Shown here: in pieces, positions 48,962 to 62,831 of the stretch
Position numbering within the stretch: position 1 is the first letter of the stretch
Layout of the letters: the number at the start of each line of letters is the position of its first letter
Assembly (NCBI RefSeq): GCF_025526975.1
Contig: NW_026515681.1
Span: 62,001 to 126,000, forward strand
DNA from: Fimicolochytrium jonesii
Lineage: Eukaryota
Length of the DNA: 64,000 nucleotides
Direction: 5' to 3'
Position numbers and translations under genes: made by a program
Notes under the pieces: generated by a model
The model's input: the letters and a program-made list of their open reading frames with translations, nothing else
Told to the model about the DNA's origin: nothing
The model's database searches: none

Positions 48962-50717
48962 TATTCGAGTTTTGCGTCAAAGGTGTTCTGACTCCTTCTT
49001 TGACTCGTTTCCTTTGCATTCCTCCCCCGTATCACGGAGCTGACGAGGAATTGCACACTGGTACACCTCTCTCAGGGTTCCGTTTTCGAACCGAAAACCT
49101 TATCGACAGAGGATCGACTAGACGTAACGCTGCTCTTCGAGAGGGCACCGGCTGCTGTATGGTGATCCCGGCAGAGGAGGCTGTCGGTCTTCTTACGAGG
49201 GAGTGTGCCTTTCACTCTCACGGGAGAAAGGGAGTTGCCAGGGGCTCTGTGTCTTTCAACCAACGGCGCGTGTTTCTTCGCACTCTCGCAATAATGGCCC
49301 AGTGCCCGCGAAATGATCTGCCCTTTTCCGGCCCTGGGCTCAATGGGGGACGCAACAACCGCAGCCACCCGCTCACTCACTCACTCACCCCACCCACTGG
49401 CTGGCTGGATATTACCGTTGGGGATCTGGGAATATGGGGAAACGCACCACGCAAACAGAGCGCAAGTCGAACCGGTGTCTCTTCCTCCCGCGGGCGACAA
49501 CAACGGTTTATTATTCGTTCGATGACGGGCGATGGAATGCGCAAGTGTGGCTCCGCTGTTTGCAACACACGTTTGGGAGGAACCCGCAGTGTTGGATTTC
49601 CATTCAATGGGCCCCCCGTTGCATGTGCTGGTCATAAGGGCGCCCCCACCTCATCTCGGAAGCTCGGAGGTTAAGAGATGGGGAATCGGGAATGGGGAAT
49701 GTCGCCAACTCCCACAATTCGAACGTGACGGCCATGGGCTCAGACTTCATGAGGTTGCGCCAAACCCCTGGAACGAACTTCGTATTCGTGTGAGCCATGG
49801 ATCTGAATGTGGGGGGAGAATGGGAGACAGGTGATTTGTCATTGGGGTGGAGAGGCAAACTGCAAACTTTTATGGATGAGAAGACATCGCCGTTACCAGG
49901 ACACACTCTGGATCATTCTCGGGAAGGCATGGGAGACTCGCATTGATCGCAGATTATGAGTCGGGAGACATGGCCAACGCCAGGACATCGCACTCTGGGT
50001 TATAAAATAGAATACCGCAACAGCACGTATGAAAGGATCACGGAACACCGGGGAATGTATGTGGAATGCATGTCGAGACAATGGGACGATAAACTAGAAG
50101 TCTGCAATCAAATAGCGGGAGGTGGCGTGTCTAGCTGCACCGGAAGGGCCCGAAACGATAAAAGTACACATCGGCGGATATTGCGTTCAAGTTCGGGAAT
50201 GGATTTTTCATCCGCGGGGCCATGACAGACCCAAAGAGCTCTCACTCCAGGTCGTTGACCAATTATGCAGCTACCCGTCGCAGCATTGACAGCTGGTCGC
50301 AAGGGTGGTGATGTTGTCCCGGGGTGCATTATGGGGTATGGGATATGCATTATGGATATCGCGGCGGCAACACTGGCATTGTTTATATCCCTCAGCTCGG
50401 CGTATAAGAGATCTCTTTCCTTTTCTTTTTCTCGCACGGGGCTCAGCCACACTTATCAAGGGTCAGGCTGGCTCCTGCAGAGGTAAACCAAAACCCAAAC
50501 GCGTGAAGCCCTTGGAGGGGGAGGCAGTCCGAACGCGTGTGTCTTCAGGGTGTCTCATACAACCCGATTTCGACAGTGGGCGAAACAGTGACAGCTTCAT
50601 TTTTACAACTCTTGTTGGGGGAAAACGTCTTATTCGGGATTAGTGGAAAAGGTCGCCGACATTTGAATCATCCACTTGATTTAACACCCTACATTCCGCC
50701 AAATGCATTTATAGGCG

Positions 50718-53700
50718 CTACTTTTGCGATCTATCCGAATCTCTGATGTTTCCTGAAGAGTTGTTGTCCTTTTCGGCCATCTGCAAGGTTTTGGGAGTTC
50801 GCATCAGCGGTTAGTGTCACCACCAATTATAAACCACATGGACACTCTGGACGAAGGAGACAGACATACCGCCTCAGTCCTCAAAATCGCCCTACTACTC
50901 GCCGCAGCCGCCGCCTGTTTCGCCGCACTCCACCTCGTCGCCGTATCATGATCCACCGGCACCGGCGGCTGCTGCATCGGGGGCTTGCCATGCGCGCCCA
51001 CCACCAGCGGCGGCGGTTTCCCCTGGCTGGCATAGATCTTGGCCACTCTTTCCTCATAGACCCGGCGGATATTCACCGCCATGTCGTCAAAGTCCTCGAC
51101 GATCTCGTCGAAATCGGACCCGTCGAGCTGGTACGCGACCACGTTGGTCTGTGCTTGAATGGTCGCGGTCCGTGCGGTTTGGGCGAGGAGAGCGACTTCG
51201 CCAAAGAATTGGCCCGAGTTGAGGGTGCCGACGACTTTTGTGTTGATGATGACGTCCACGGAGCCGGAGATGATGAAGAACATTTCATTTCCGACCTGTG
51301 TGGCGTGAGGGGGGGTTGCGTTTGGGATGAGGTGATGGGATATGCACAATACCGTCTACGAAACGTGCGATGTTTTCACATACCTTGCCCTGCTCAAAAA
51401 TGATGTCCCCAGTCAGGTAATACACGGCTTTCAAAGCCGATGCAATCCGTCCCAAAAAGATCTCGTCCCGGCCATCATCCATCTTGCGCGACAAGAAGCT
51501 GACTTTGCCCACCAGCTCCCGACAGTTATTCACCAGAATCTCCTAACAAAACGCCCCAAAAAAGTCGTATTGAGCACTCTCAAGCATCCCCACCCAAAAC
51601 TCATGCCACCACCCGCAAAACAAACCTGTCTCAAATTATCATTCAATTCTCCCAACAACTCCCGTTCCTTGAAATACTTCCCACGATACTTCAAATGGAA
51701 AAACTCATTCACCCTATCCCGCAGCGCAGGATCCACGTTCTTGTACTTCATGTACTCATTGACCTCCTCGATCTTGTGCTTGTACATGCGCCCCATGGGG
51801 TCCAGACTGCTCATCAGCGAGGAGATGGAACCCAGCACGGCGCCGTGCATCGCGGCGGAGATGATGGCGGAGAGCATGATGTTCCATTGTTCGTCGATGT
51901 TTTTGGGTCTGACAATCATAATGAAAAGGGGGGCAAAATGTAAGATTGGGCGAAACGGGGGAGAGAAAAAGCCGGTATTGCGGAATACGTACTTGAGCGC
52001 ATGGGCATGGAACGCGGCCACAAAGAACCCAAACGTATACTGCTCCGGCACCGTCTTCTCCGCCACATACTCCACCTCATGCCACCCCTCAAAGTGATGC
52101 ACCTTCCCCAACAACAACACCGTACACGAAAACACGTGGAAATACAGCGCCAGCCCACCCATATACACACACAGCGTCGAAAAACTCTCCCCAACGCCCA
52201 GAAACTTCTGACACCGCGTGCTCAGCCGCCGGAGCAAAGGGTTGCTCGAAAAGATGCGGAACAGTTGCGGGATGCGGAGGAGACGGAGCATGGTCATGCA
52301 TTCGCCGTATTGGCCGCTGACCATGAAGTCCCAGGGGATGGTGGAGACGATGTCGGTGGCGTAGTGCAGGAATTTCCAGATGGGCGCGAGTTTGGCGACG
52401 CCGGTGCGGCCGTGGGAGGTGCGGTGGGAGATGAGGGCGTTGACGATTAGGTCGGCGACGAAGATGACGGTGAGGGCGATGCTGGCGTCGGCGAGGTGGT
52501 TGCCGTAATTTATGAAGGCGAGGACGAAGGGAATAAAGACGACTGCAAAGCTGGATGGGAAGAAGGGGGATACTCATCAGTTTCGAAGAAAGATACATGG
52601 TCGCATGGGGAAGTTGCGCAAATCGTACATCAGCACCACTAAAAGAAACAAGAGGAGTGGGTCAGCTTTTTCCCACATGCCTGGCGGTAGCCCCTTTTAC
52701 TCAACCCGCTGCATGTCTGTCGCTCAACTTACAAGCCATAAGCACATCCCAAAGAGCCCTCGCTAAACACAGCGGATGCCAAAGCCAGCTCTTCCTCGGC
52801 GCCTCCAACGCCACCTTATACAAATCCAACATCTCCTTATACGGGTACGGAATCAAGAACTCGTTGTAGCGCGGGATCGTGCAGTAGTATGTCCACGTCG
52901 TCACTATGGCGCGCTTGGTGGAGGCCGCAATGGAGGAGACGATTGTTTCTTGCTCCTTTTTTGGGCGGAGGTGTTTGCGCGGGCGGTGCTTGATGGGGAT
53001 GAAGGAGGGGTCGAGCGAGGGGTCGGGTTGGGTTACTTTCATTTCGCCGGCTTCTAGGTCTACTGTAGGGAGGAATCGGGTCCGTTGTGACAGATGATGA
53101 TTGAGTTGAGATGTGTATTTAGACCAGTCGGTTCAGGAATGCCGTGTCTCAAGGCCTTGGAGGCTCGCCTTCCTTACCTATTTGAGGAGCAACATCCTCC
53201 TTAATCTCCCACTTCTTCGCCGGAACATGATGAATCACCGGCTGCTCCTCTTCCGCATACGGCTGCGACTTCCTCCTCGCGGTCAGCCCCACCTGCCACG
53301 GCTTCGCAATCACGCTGTGCGCAACCGGCTGCTGCTCGCCAGCCGTCATATTCTCATCATCAATATCCTCATCATCATTCGATTCGGCGATCGACTGTCG
53401 ATCACTGATGCGGGGCAAACCGCCGTGACTCGTCCCGGCGCCAAACGAGCCCGTCCGCTCCCGGCCGCCAATATCATACCCAGGCAGATCGGACCCGCTC
53501 GTCGCCGCCGCCGCATCGTCCTTCCCACCGCTCTTGACTTTATTAATCACGTTCCGCAAACTGGTAACCGAGCTCGACAACAAATGCCGCTTAGTCATTG
53601 GCTTCAGCTGCCCGGACATTGACGTCTCCTGGCTGCTGCGTCGCCACAAGCCGCCGCCCTTGCCATGCTTATGCCCCGAATGTTCTTCCGGCTCGTTCAA

Positions 53701-54234
53701 GCTATTATGACTAAGAACCTTCTCGATCGCCTCGTCGGGGAGCGCGGGGAGCTCGTTCAGCAGATCCAGATGCTGCCGGCCCATAAACCCGGCCGACCCA
53801 GCCTCCGCCGACCCGGACAGGAAATTATTCAACAGCTGTTGTTGCGCGACGCCGGAGGGCGAAGACATCATGATCTGTCTCTGCGCGATCGACAGCCGGC
53901 GGGGTGTCGCTCGCCCTTTGGGCATCATCCCACCACCGTTGGCCATCCACTCCCCCGGCGGATACAACCCACCGCCCTGCTGCCCGCCATAGAACCCGAT
54001 GGATGGAACCACGGGCGCGCTGAACGGGTCCTGCGACGGCCGGCGGACGTCGTACGAGAAGCTGTTGTTGCTGTCCCCGCCGCCGCCGCCGTTGGAGCGG
54101 AGTTGCTGCTCGACGGTGCCGACTGCGACGGTCAGTTGCGTTTGCAGCTGCTGGACTTGCAGCGTTAGGGCGCGCATCTGCACTAACGCATCTTGAAGCG
54201 TTTGCGGGACCGCGGGGGGTTGATGAGATGCCAT
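50718..54234 (-). CDS. Cyclic-nucleotide-gated/HCN-like cation channel; multi-exon
   Basis: S4-like LRLLRIPQLFR; C-linker YKHKIEEVNEYMKYK..KYRGKYFKE; CNBD GNEMFFIISG..FFGEVALL..RTATI. The last exon is inferred to end at TAG 50718. Confidence 0.88.
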
Positions 54235-55020
54235 GACTTTTGCGGCGGCTTCAGACTATCAACTACGTGAGGTATAATATCCCCCAAAATTGCGCTGGGT
54301 GCCTATCGATATCGTCCTATCCTACTCAAAGCAAGCAATCTGTTTCGACTATTCCCACGACAAGGATATTCACACTCGTTCCATTTCTCCACCCCCTCGC
54401 AACAAAGACCCTCCCCTTCTTATCTTCCCCGAACCCATATTGTGTATACACCGCCGTATAAGCTAATCACCTTTCAGGGGAGAAGAAAAGGCCGGTAAGG
54501 GTTCTGTTTGTGACAGTCCCCTGCATCCGCGTCCTGTAGGTTAGAGTTAAACCCAAATACTGTAACCTATTGTTGGGTGGGGTCGGACGGCCCCGTACGG
54601 ACGCTGACTGCGACGTTGTATCTTGACATCACAGGGGGAACTCCTTGGGTTACCTGGTTGTTCGTGGCGGATGGGCGTGGCTACTTCCAGACAAGTTCCC
54701 AAAGAACGCGTCCAAAATGTTCCAACGTCCAATCCCCACAACCCACGCATATGTTCAAGTACAGTACGTATTCGAGGACGGGCAGGCACGCAGATGATAC
54801 ATATTGCAGAAAATATGGATCGATTGATATGGGAGGATGCCAAGTACATGAGATCGACGTGAGTGAAATGTTCATAAACGACCACATCCCCACGCTACGT
54901 AGTATCCGCTCCTCGATGTTCGTGGACGGATCGTCGTGTCCCCAGCAGGTCATTCGGAGGGATCCCAAGCACCACTCCCAAAGTACGCCGGAAAAAACGC
55001 AACCTTTCCTGACCCCCTCC

Positions 55021-57997
55021 CTACCTTTCCCGCCCCCGCTCCCTCTCCCTCTCCCTCTCTCTGCGTTCCTTCTTCTCCCCCCTCTCCCTCTCCCGATCGG
55101 CATCGCGATCCCTCTCCCTATCCCGGTCCTTATCGCGACGCGACGACGACTCCTTATCCTTATCCCTTTCACGATCCTTGTCACGGTCCCTATCGCGATC
55201 ACGGTCGCGGTCTTTCTCTTTATCCTTCTCCGTCCTTGAGGACCGGGACGAGCGATGATGATGAGAGGACGAGTGACGACGGGACGAGGATTTCGATGAT
55301 TTGCGGCGTTTGGAGGATGTGGATGCTTCCGCTGCGGTTGTTGTTGTTGTGGCACCGTTCTCTACGGCATCTGCGTCGGTGGTGTCATGGGCGGGTTTGG
55401 TGGTGTCGCCGTTGGTGTCTCCTGGGGCGGAGGTGAGATCTTCCAGTTTGGCAGCAGGGGAGCGCGGCCGTTTGCGCTTGCGGCTTGTAGCGTCGTCGTC
55501 GTCTTCGCGATGGACACTGGGGCTGCGATCGCCGCGGGAAGGAGGGGAAGGTGTGCGTCCGCCGCGTCTCTCGAGTTGCTCTGCAGCCATATCGATGGTG
55601 GCTCCCTCAGCTCGCTCACTAACTGCCGGATTGCCGAGAGGTGTGGTCGGGCGGCTCTTACTCCGCCTGCTTCCCCGATCCCTCTCCCTCTCTCGATCCC
55701 GACTTCTACTGCGTTGGCGCTCTCGGCTATTCCCTTGCGACCGGCCGGATCTGCTCCCACCGTCCCGATCACGGTCTCGGTCGCGGTCCCGGGTAGGCGT
55801 ATCATCCACCCCGCGTTCCTTAACAAACACGGCAGCACCTCCACTGCTCCGTCGGTCTTTCTCCTTTTCCTTCTCCCTCTCGCGGTCCCGTTCGCGCCCT
55901 CCATCGCGCTCCCGCTCCCTATCTCTCACCCGGTCGCGATCGCGATCCCTTGACCGGTCTCTCCGCTCCTTCTCCCTGCTGCCATCCCGTTCTCGCACTC
56001 TCTCATCCCGATCGCGGTATCGGTCCGAATTATGACCGTAACCCGGCCGACTCGTCGCACTCCCACCGCGCCGTGCCGACCACTCATCGGCCGGTCCATC
56101 TCGATCTTCATGCCTGCCGGAAACACTCCCACCCGCAACGCTGCCGAGAGACCCTTGTCTGTCGACCGGGGACTTCACATCACCACCACGTGTAGCGGAA
56201 TTAGAGCCGCCCGTACGACTATCACTCCCCGGCTCGGCTTTGATCCGAGATCGCTCGTCGTCTCGAGAATGTCCCATTTCAGTTGATGCGCGACGGTCGT
56301 GATGGAGGCTGCCGCGAGGGTCGTCGGCCGACTGATCGCCTCGGCCGCCGTCTCGGCCACCTCCTGGTCCTCGAGAATGGTTTGGCGGGAATGGTCTGCA
56401 AATAGAGTGCGGTAAGATATTCATCCCATGCATCTCATTGTAATCTTTCAAAAAGCACTTTACCTCGCAAAGCCTCGACCACTAGGCGCACCCCCACTTC
56501 GGGGCGGGTACATGCCACCGGCCTGGTAATCAAATCCAAAATCAGGTCCATGCCCGTCGAAAAACGGGCCGTCGGGTCCGAAAGGCGGGGCGTTGCGCCC
56601 ATCGAAGAACGGTGGCGGTACAGGTGGAAAGCCAGAGTTCCCTCCACGCCCACCAACGCCAGGCCCACCGCGCATCCCCGCGGCATTGGGACCGGGTACA
56701 GGCGCTCCTCCTCCGCGGCCGAACCCAGAGCGGAAATCATCGGGGAAGGGTCCGGCACCCATCATTGGTCCGGAGGGGTAGAAGTCCGGGTTGTAGAACC
56801 CTGGCGCTGCTGGGCCCATGAAGCCGGCTGCTGCGGGTGCCCCCGGTCCAAAACCATGTTGCTGGAAAGTGCTTCGTCCGCGAGCAGCGTTGCTTCCGCG
56901 TCCAATAGACATGGTGCCCAGGGCGCCTGCCATTTCCGCGCCTGCTGCTCCCATGTTCAGTGGCAAGGTTGGCATCGAGGGTACGACGCCGGCCCCGGTG
57001 CCGATAGCAGGGCCTCGTTTGGCCTGTTCGGCCCGCGTTTCCTTCGGATCTTTGGGGAGGGTGCGGAAAGGATTTGATTGTTGACTTGGAGGCACGTACT
57101 TCACGATCGGCTTACGGCCGTGAATTTCGCTGAAAATACAGAAAACAAGCGAAGGTTATAAACACGGAGTATATTCAAACATCTTACACAATCATCATCA
57201 TCCCCAGCAGGAATATACTGCCATCCAATAACTATGGAAAACAGCCACCAGACATACATGGTCTCAAAGAATTCCTTGGCCAGCGCAGTGGCTTCCTGGG
57301 TTTGGAATGGAATGTAGCAGATTCCCTTGGATTTGCCGTTGACGCGATGTTCCGAGAACGATAGCTCGTTGGCCAGCAGTTGCTCGGTGACACCGGCTTC
57401 GCTGATGGCGAGCTTGATGTCATCGTCGGTTGTCCACTGAAAAAAATGATGATTGAGGTCAGAACCACTGCTCAGCTTCAGAGGAGAGCGAAGACGACTA
57501 TTGATGCTTACCCAGCTCAATTCGCTAACAAGCAATGCGCGGCTTCCTCCACCTGGCAAATTCTGCGGGGGGAGCGCCCCACTCGTATGCGTGGGAAAAT
57601 CATGCTGTCTCGCGGGATCCGCCTTAGCTTCATGGCCTAGCCCTGGGATTCCAGAATCTTGCTCGTTCTGGACACTTGACTCTGGTTCGCTCTTGGCCAT
57701 TGCCGGAGTGGCGCTGGATTCTGTCCTGGGGGGTACCGAATCCAACATCTCATCCTCCCCATAATCGATCTCATCTGAGTACGCTTTCGGAATCTCTACG
57801 TGGACCTCCATGTCCGCGGAGGTGCCCTCCGCCTTTACATTTTCATCAGGTTTAGCAGCCAGATCGCCGTAGAGCAAGTCATGTTCATCCTAGAAGGTTG
57901 GTAATGGTTATGAGCCCCAAGGATCCCTATTGTTCTGCAGAATGCGTGCAACGCCTACCCCGTCCAGTTCCGCGTAAATATCAAAATCGTCCGCCAT
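55021..57997 (-). CDS. CPSF6: CFIm large subunit (CPSF6/7-like): RRM, Pro/Gly-rich region, RD/RE/RS tail; spliced
   Basis: MADDFDIYAE; SELSW-WTTDDDI; FSEHRVNGKSKG; NPFRTLPKD; long RD/RE repeats. The 3' end is uncertain. Confidence 0.8.
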
Positions 57998-58608
57998 TGC
58001 AGGTATGGTGCTTCAACGTTTGCAACTTGAAAGCGTTCAAATGAGAAGTAAGCATGAGGTAGACTGGCTGCACACGAGAGTATTTCGCCCGACTCCCAGG
58101 GTCCCGAAGGCCTTGACTGTGCCACGGACGACAACTTACATACGTTGGCCCTGCTCTAAGATTGTCGCTTACAGCGTTTCCTTGGTGCAGGCTGACGAGG
58201 CAAGTAGAGCCGAGGCGTCCGTAAGGGAATATAGAACCCTGGGAACTCTGCCTGTGCTCCCAAGATCCCCGTCGTGCGGAGGATCAGAGTGGTCGTCGTT
58301 TTTTGCCCCGGAGTTGACTGCTTTGCCGTTTGCCGGGCTGACCGACGTCAGTATGCACAGTATGGCCGGGGTGTGAGGGAGTTGAAGCTGCCCTGGATAG
58401 CGGACGAGGGTTCCCTTTCTGTTCCCTTTGCTTGTGTGTTGTGTTGGGATCTCGTTGGGATCCCTGAGTTGGGAGAACGAAGGAAAAACGAAGGACGAGA
58501 AGCAGACGCGGCTTTTTGCCCCCTGGGAGCTCTTTTCTCGCCCAGGAGCAGCATCCAGGCAAGATCACAGCCTGTAGAATGCTGTAGAATGCACTACGTA
58601 TCAGCCGC

Positions 58609-59849
58609 ATGGTCCTCGCAATAGCCCTCCCGCCACCGCTCAAGGCCCTCTCCCTCTCCACAGCCGTCGCAACCTGCACGGCCCTCACCGTCCTCTTCTT
58701 CGGCTCGTTTTACCTGCTCCCAAAGAATGACCCCTCCCGCACAACCCCCCCGTCCCGCAACGATCCCGCCGTCGTACGCGCCCGCTTCATAAGCGTCGGG
58801 CTGTCATGTGTGCTATCGTTGGGCGGTGTCGCCTTTCTGCTTCATGGCGGTGACTCTACCAAGGTATGCGCTTCTTGTCTGGTCAGATGGGCGTGAAGTG
58901 AAAGTATGGCGCTCAATAAATCAAAGTCCTTCTGGCCCTATGTAGGCATAAACGGGACAACGGCCCTGTCATCAATCACACTAGGCCTAGTTCTCACGGC
59001 AACGCTTTTCGCCGGTCCTCTGTATGTGGCGCATCTCGAAGGCGAGCTGCCATTTCAGGGAAACGCGAGCCAGTTGCGGTTAGAGGCTGGCGATATTCTC
59101 AGTTGGCGGAACTACGTCGTCGTAAGTGTAGAATTGTCAATTGGGAGAGTCGCATTCAGGAGCGGAGGGAGCTTATGTTGAAATATGGAATCTTGCTACC
59201 TCATTGTAGGGCCCGATTTCGGAAGAGGTTGTGTTTAGGGGCTGCATGGTACCTCTCTTCTTGGCATCCGGGGTCACGCCCACACAATGCATCTTCATTC
59301 TTCCCCTGTTCTTTGGCATTGGTAAGCTTGAATGCCGCAACACAAGTCGCTTCCGACTTTGTTCAATTTCACTCTGACCTGACTATCCGCCCCACACAGC
59401 CCACGCGCACCACGGCTACGAGCTCTACCACCGCCTCCGCACCACCCTCGTCCCCGCCCGCGCCCTCACCCACGTCCTGCTCGCCTTCGCCTTCCAGTTC
59501 TCCTACACCAGCCTCTTTGGATGGTTCGCGACGTTTCTGCTCCTTCGCACGGGAAATATCATGGCCCCCATCGTCGCACATGTGTTCTGCAATAGGATGG
59601 GCGTGCCGGATTTGCCCGGGGCGGCGGCAGCGGGGTTTCCGGGGCGTAAGAAAGGTGGGTCCAAGGGCGTCTGGGTATTGGGACCCGTCTCTCTCGTACC
59701 GGTCTTTTGACTTCCACCTCTGTTCATATCCTCTACCAGCAATCTTTGCAGCATACATAGCAGGTATGCTCGGATTCAGTTTCCTGATGTTTCCTGCAAC
59801 CGATCCGACCCTTTTTGGCGGTGCGGCCTCCCTCTACCGCAGCGTCTGA
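58609..59849 (+). CDS. RCE1: CAAX prenyl protease 2; spliced
   Basis: RNDPAVVRARF; WRNYVV-GPISEEVVFRGC; FFGIAHAHH; FQFSYTSLFGW; AHVFCNRMGVP. Confidence 0.92.
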
Positions 59850-60659
59850 CTGCGGCACTAAGCGTGGGAGCTTGGCAGATCCGTTCGACCGACTGTGCGT
59901 GACGGGTGTGAATCAGTGATACATGTACATAGGCTTAGGGTGGGCACATTATTTTTGGGTGGCGGTATATGATTTCGAGACAAGGTAGAAGCTCTTCTCT
60001 ATAGTCCATATGTACATACTCAGCATCAAACAGCAAAGCAACGTCTTCGGTTCTATATGCCGCTGTCAAAGGCTCTTGTATAGACAATGTGACGTAAGGT
60101 AGACATTATTGATGAAAGGGAAGGCTATATACAAACTGTCACGTCCTGATATACTACAATTACGACTAGGACTTTCGGTCCCTTCCGTGATTGCGAAATC
60201 ACGATAGGACAAGTGACTGCGGTGTCATGCAGCAGACGTCTGACGCACGAAACGTGGGTATGTCAATCAGATCGATGAGGGATCTCACCCTTAGTAGGCG
60301 GGGTGGTAGGTACTTCGACCGTTTGGCGAGACCAAGTACTGAATGGATCCCGGGAATGATGCGGGGATGGCTTTTCGGATGGCCATCGAGTGATGGAAAA
60401 TGTTCGGTGGTGCCGGGCCAGTGAGTCAGTCCTACGCCGTTCGGAAGGAGAGTTGCATTGCTGCTCTGCAAGTAGCGGATACTTGCTGGTGGTGTGCGGT
60501 GGATCGGATCGGTGATGAAGAGGGTGTATCTCAGTGGTGGCAAGGTGATCGTCGTCGCAATGTTGCCCAGCTTTCCGATTCTCCTAGTCAACTAGATCCG
60601 TCGAAGCACTCCAGCTGAGGAACACCCCAATCGAGGCGCGCCACACAGTCCTCCCTGCT

Positions 60660-61860
60660 CTAAATCCCCTCAACCAACACCACCCCCTCCTCCTTCACCT
60701 CCCCCTTCACATCCACCAACAACCCCCCCACATCCGGCAACTCACACACGACCTTCTCCATCACATCCTTCGCCTTGACCACCTGCTCAACAACAGCTTT
60801 GGCGGCCTCGATGTCGCTCTTCATGGCGCGGATGAGCTTATTGGATGATTTGAGGAGGTCGCCGAGTTGGAGGCATTTGGATTCGAGATAAGCGTTGCGG
60901 GATTTGAGGGTGGCGTTAAGTTGGGTGGCGAGGGAGAGGGGCGTGGAGACAGTGGGAGATGGGGGGTTGAGGCCAAGTGATGGGGGTTTGTTGGTGGGGA
61001 TTTCGAAGGCGTGGGATTGGTGGGTGATGTCGAGTAATGTGGGTGCGACTGTATCTGATAGCGCGGCAGGGGGTTCGGTCGATATCCCCAACACGGATGA
61101 GACCTTCCCACCAGCGGCCGATCCATCTTCTGCCCATTCCCCAGCTCCAACCTCCTCGTCCTGCTCCCGCTCCCGCTTCACCTCGACATCCACGTCCAGA
61201 GCCAAGTCGTGCCCAAAGTCAGGCGTTTGATCGACGTCTGTGACATCTACCGGGCCTCCAGCCTTTTGCGTCGGCTTATCTCCAGGTGCTACCCGCGGTG
61301 ATTCGCCCTTCCTAGCCCGCTTCGGGTCTCTTTCGATTATGTCCTCTCTATCTCGCTTGCCGTTAGTTCTCGAGAGCTCTCTTTGCCGCTGACGATCTGG
61401 GTGTAGACACGCTGACGTTAGATCCGTCGTCACGACACAGTTCTTTACGAGATAGGTTGAACGCACCATACGGCTGAATAACCTTGTCTCTTGGCAGGGT
61501 AAATGCTTGCCCGCCCTCACTGGACACGGAGTTGAAGGTGTGTATCGCCAGTTGCGTGCTTCCGCTTGAGTCCATGTTCGTTTCCGCCTCGTGGCTCACG
61601 TATCTGCCCTTTGGTGACTGCGTAGGAATCGTCGGAGTCCCGGGCCTGTACCACCCACTGATAACTTGCTGGGCGACTGTCCCCGTAGCCTGTTGCCGTA
61701 TAGGCGTTGGTGTGTTGGTTGTAAGTTTAGGGCTTTTAGGGGTGGTGTGTCGCGCTTCTTGACCTCCGTGCCATTCCTCCAACCTGGCTCCTCTCCACGA
61801 TTACTGTCAGGCGGTGGGGCTGCGGTACATACGCTGAGCCCCAAGCTGCTGCTGCTCCAT
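60660..61860 (-). CDS. Hypothetical protein with C-terminal coiled coil; spliced
   Basis: ORFs 61363..61782 and 60660..61520 have coding-like composition and splice signals; candidate ATG at 61860; no recognisable family. Confidence 0.5.
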
Positions 61861-62003
61861 TTTGACGTTGACCCAAATCGTTGATGTCGCTCCAGAGGGC
61901 TTCGTTTCGAAGTCAAACGGTCACATGCCCGCATGCACCCAACTCCATTGCAACTCAATCAACTATTTTTGTATTACAAAAAAGAACTGATCAAAACATC
62001 GAC

Positions 62004-62075
62004 GGGGATTTAGATCAGTGGCAGATCGTCTGCTTTGCATGCAGAAGGCCAGCGGTTCAATCCCGCTAATCTCCA
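62004..62075 (+). tRNA. tRNA-Ala(UGC)
   Basis: Acceptor stem GGGGATT/AATCTCC with G3:U70; D-stem GATC/GATC; anticodon stem TCTGC/GCAGA with TGC at 62036-62038; GGTTCAATCC T-arm; T-run downstream. Confidence 0.96.
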
Positions 62076-62831
62076 GTAACCACGCGTAAGAATTTTTCTC
62101 CTTTTTATGTTCGCCGTTCCCAAAAGTTCTTTCTTGCTTTTGCTTTCCATCCTTCACCACAAAAAAACCCCTCCGTGCAGTGCAACTCTTTTCTTCGCGC
62201 TGGCTCTATGGTCTTAGCCTCGCAGCCAACTAAGAGCTCTCACCTTTGATAACTCTCAACTGCCAAACTTTTTGCAGGCCAACTGGGGTATGGGCGAGGC
62301 CAGACTGATTGTTCCTGACGTCTGATGAGAGGCGTTCTGCCGTCGCCGTCGCCGTCGCCATCGCCAATCTCAGCCAAGAACGGCGAGCTCAAGGTTGGTA
62401 AATTTTGGTCCCGAGCGGAGCGTGTTGTTGTTGTAGTAGGTTAGTTGCCCAAATAGTCGTGCACATGGGTGTCGTTTTAGTCAAAAAAGGATGTCGTTCT
62501 AGCAACTCCCTATAGATGAACGCGTGAGTCACCGCATCTCTCTCCATCCATCACCCTTCGCATCTCTCTCCCTTCGCGTCTGCACTAGATCCAGCTGGAC
62601 CTGCCATGCATAACCGCAATGGACAGCCTCCACAGCCCTCGACACTCAAACTCACACCAGGTGAACTCAAGCCAGCAACCGGACGCTGTTTAGACTGTGG
62701 TGGCCTCTACTCCCCCCGGACTATCGTATTTCCTACGTTAACTCACCGTCAGCCTTCGTTTGACGTCCGTGCTGAGCATCTTGGACAATTTCCCCACGGC
62801 CTATACTGCATTCTGTAACGATATTTAGACA

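Noticed and set aside
48685..49674. 329-aa plus-strand ORF
   Set aside because: Antisense to velvet exon 1 and its upstream region; no recognisable domain or coding-like composition.
55021..56030. Purine/pyrimidine-skewed repeats resembling a satellite
   Set aside because: They encode the RD/RE/RS tail of the CPSF6-like protein.
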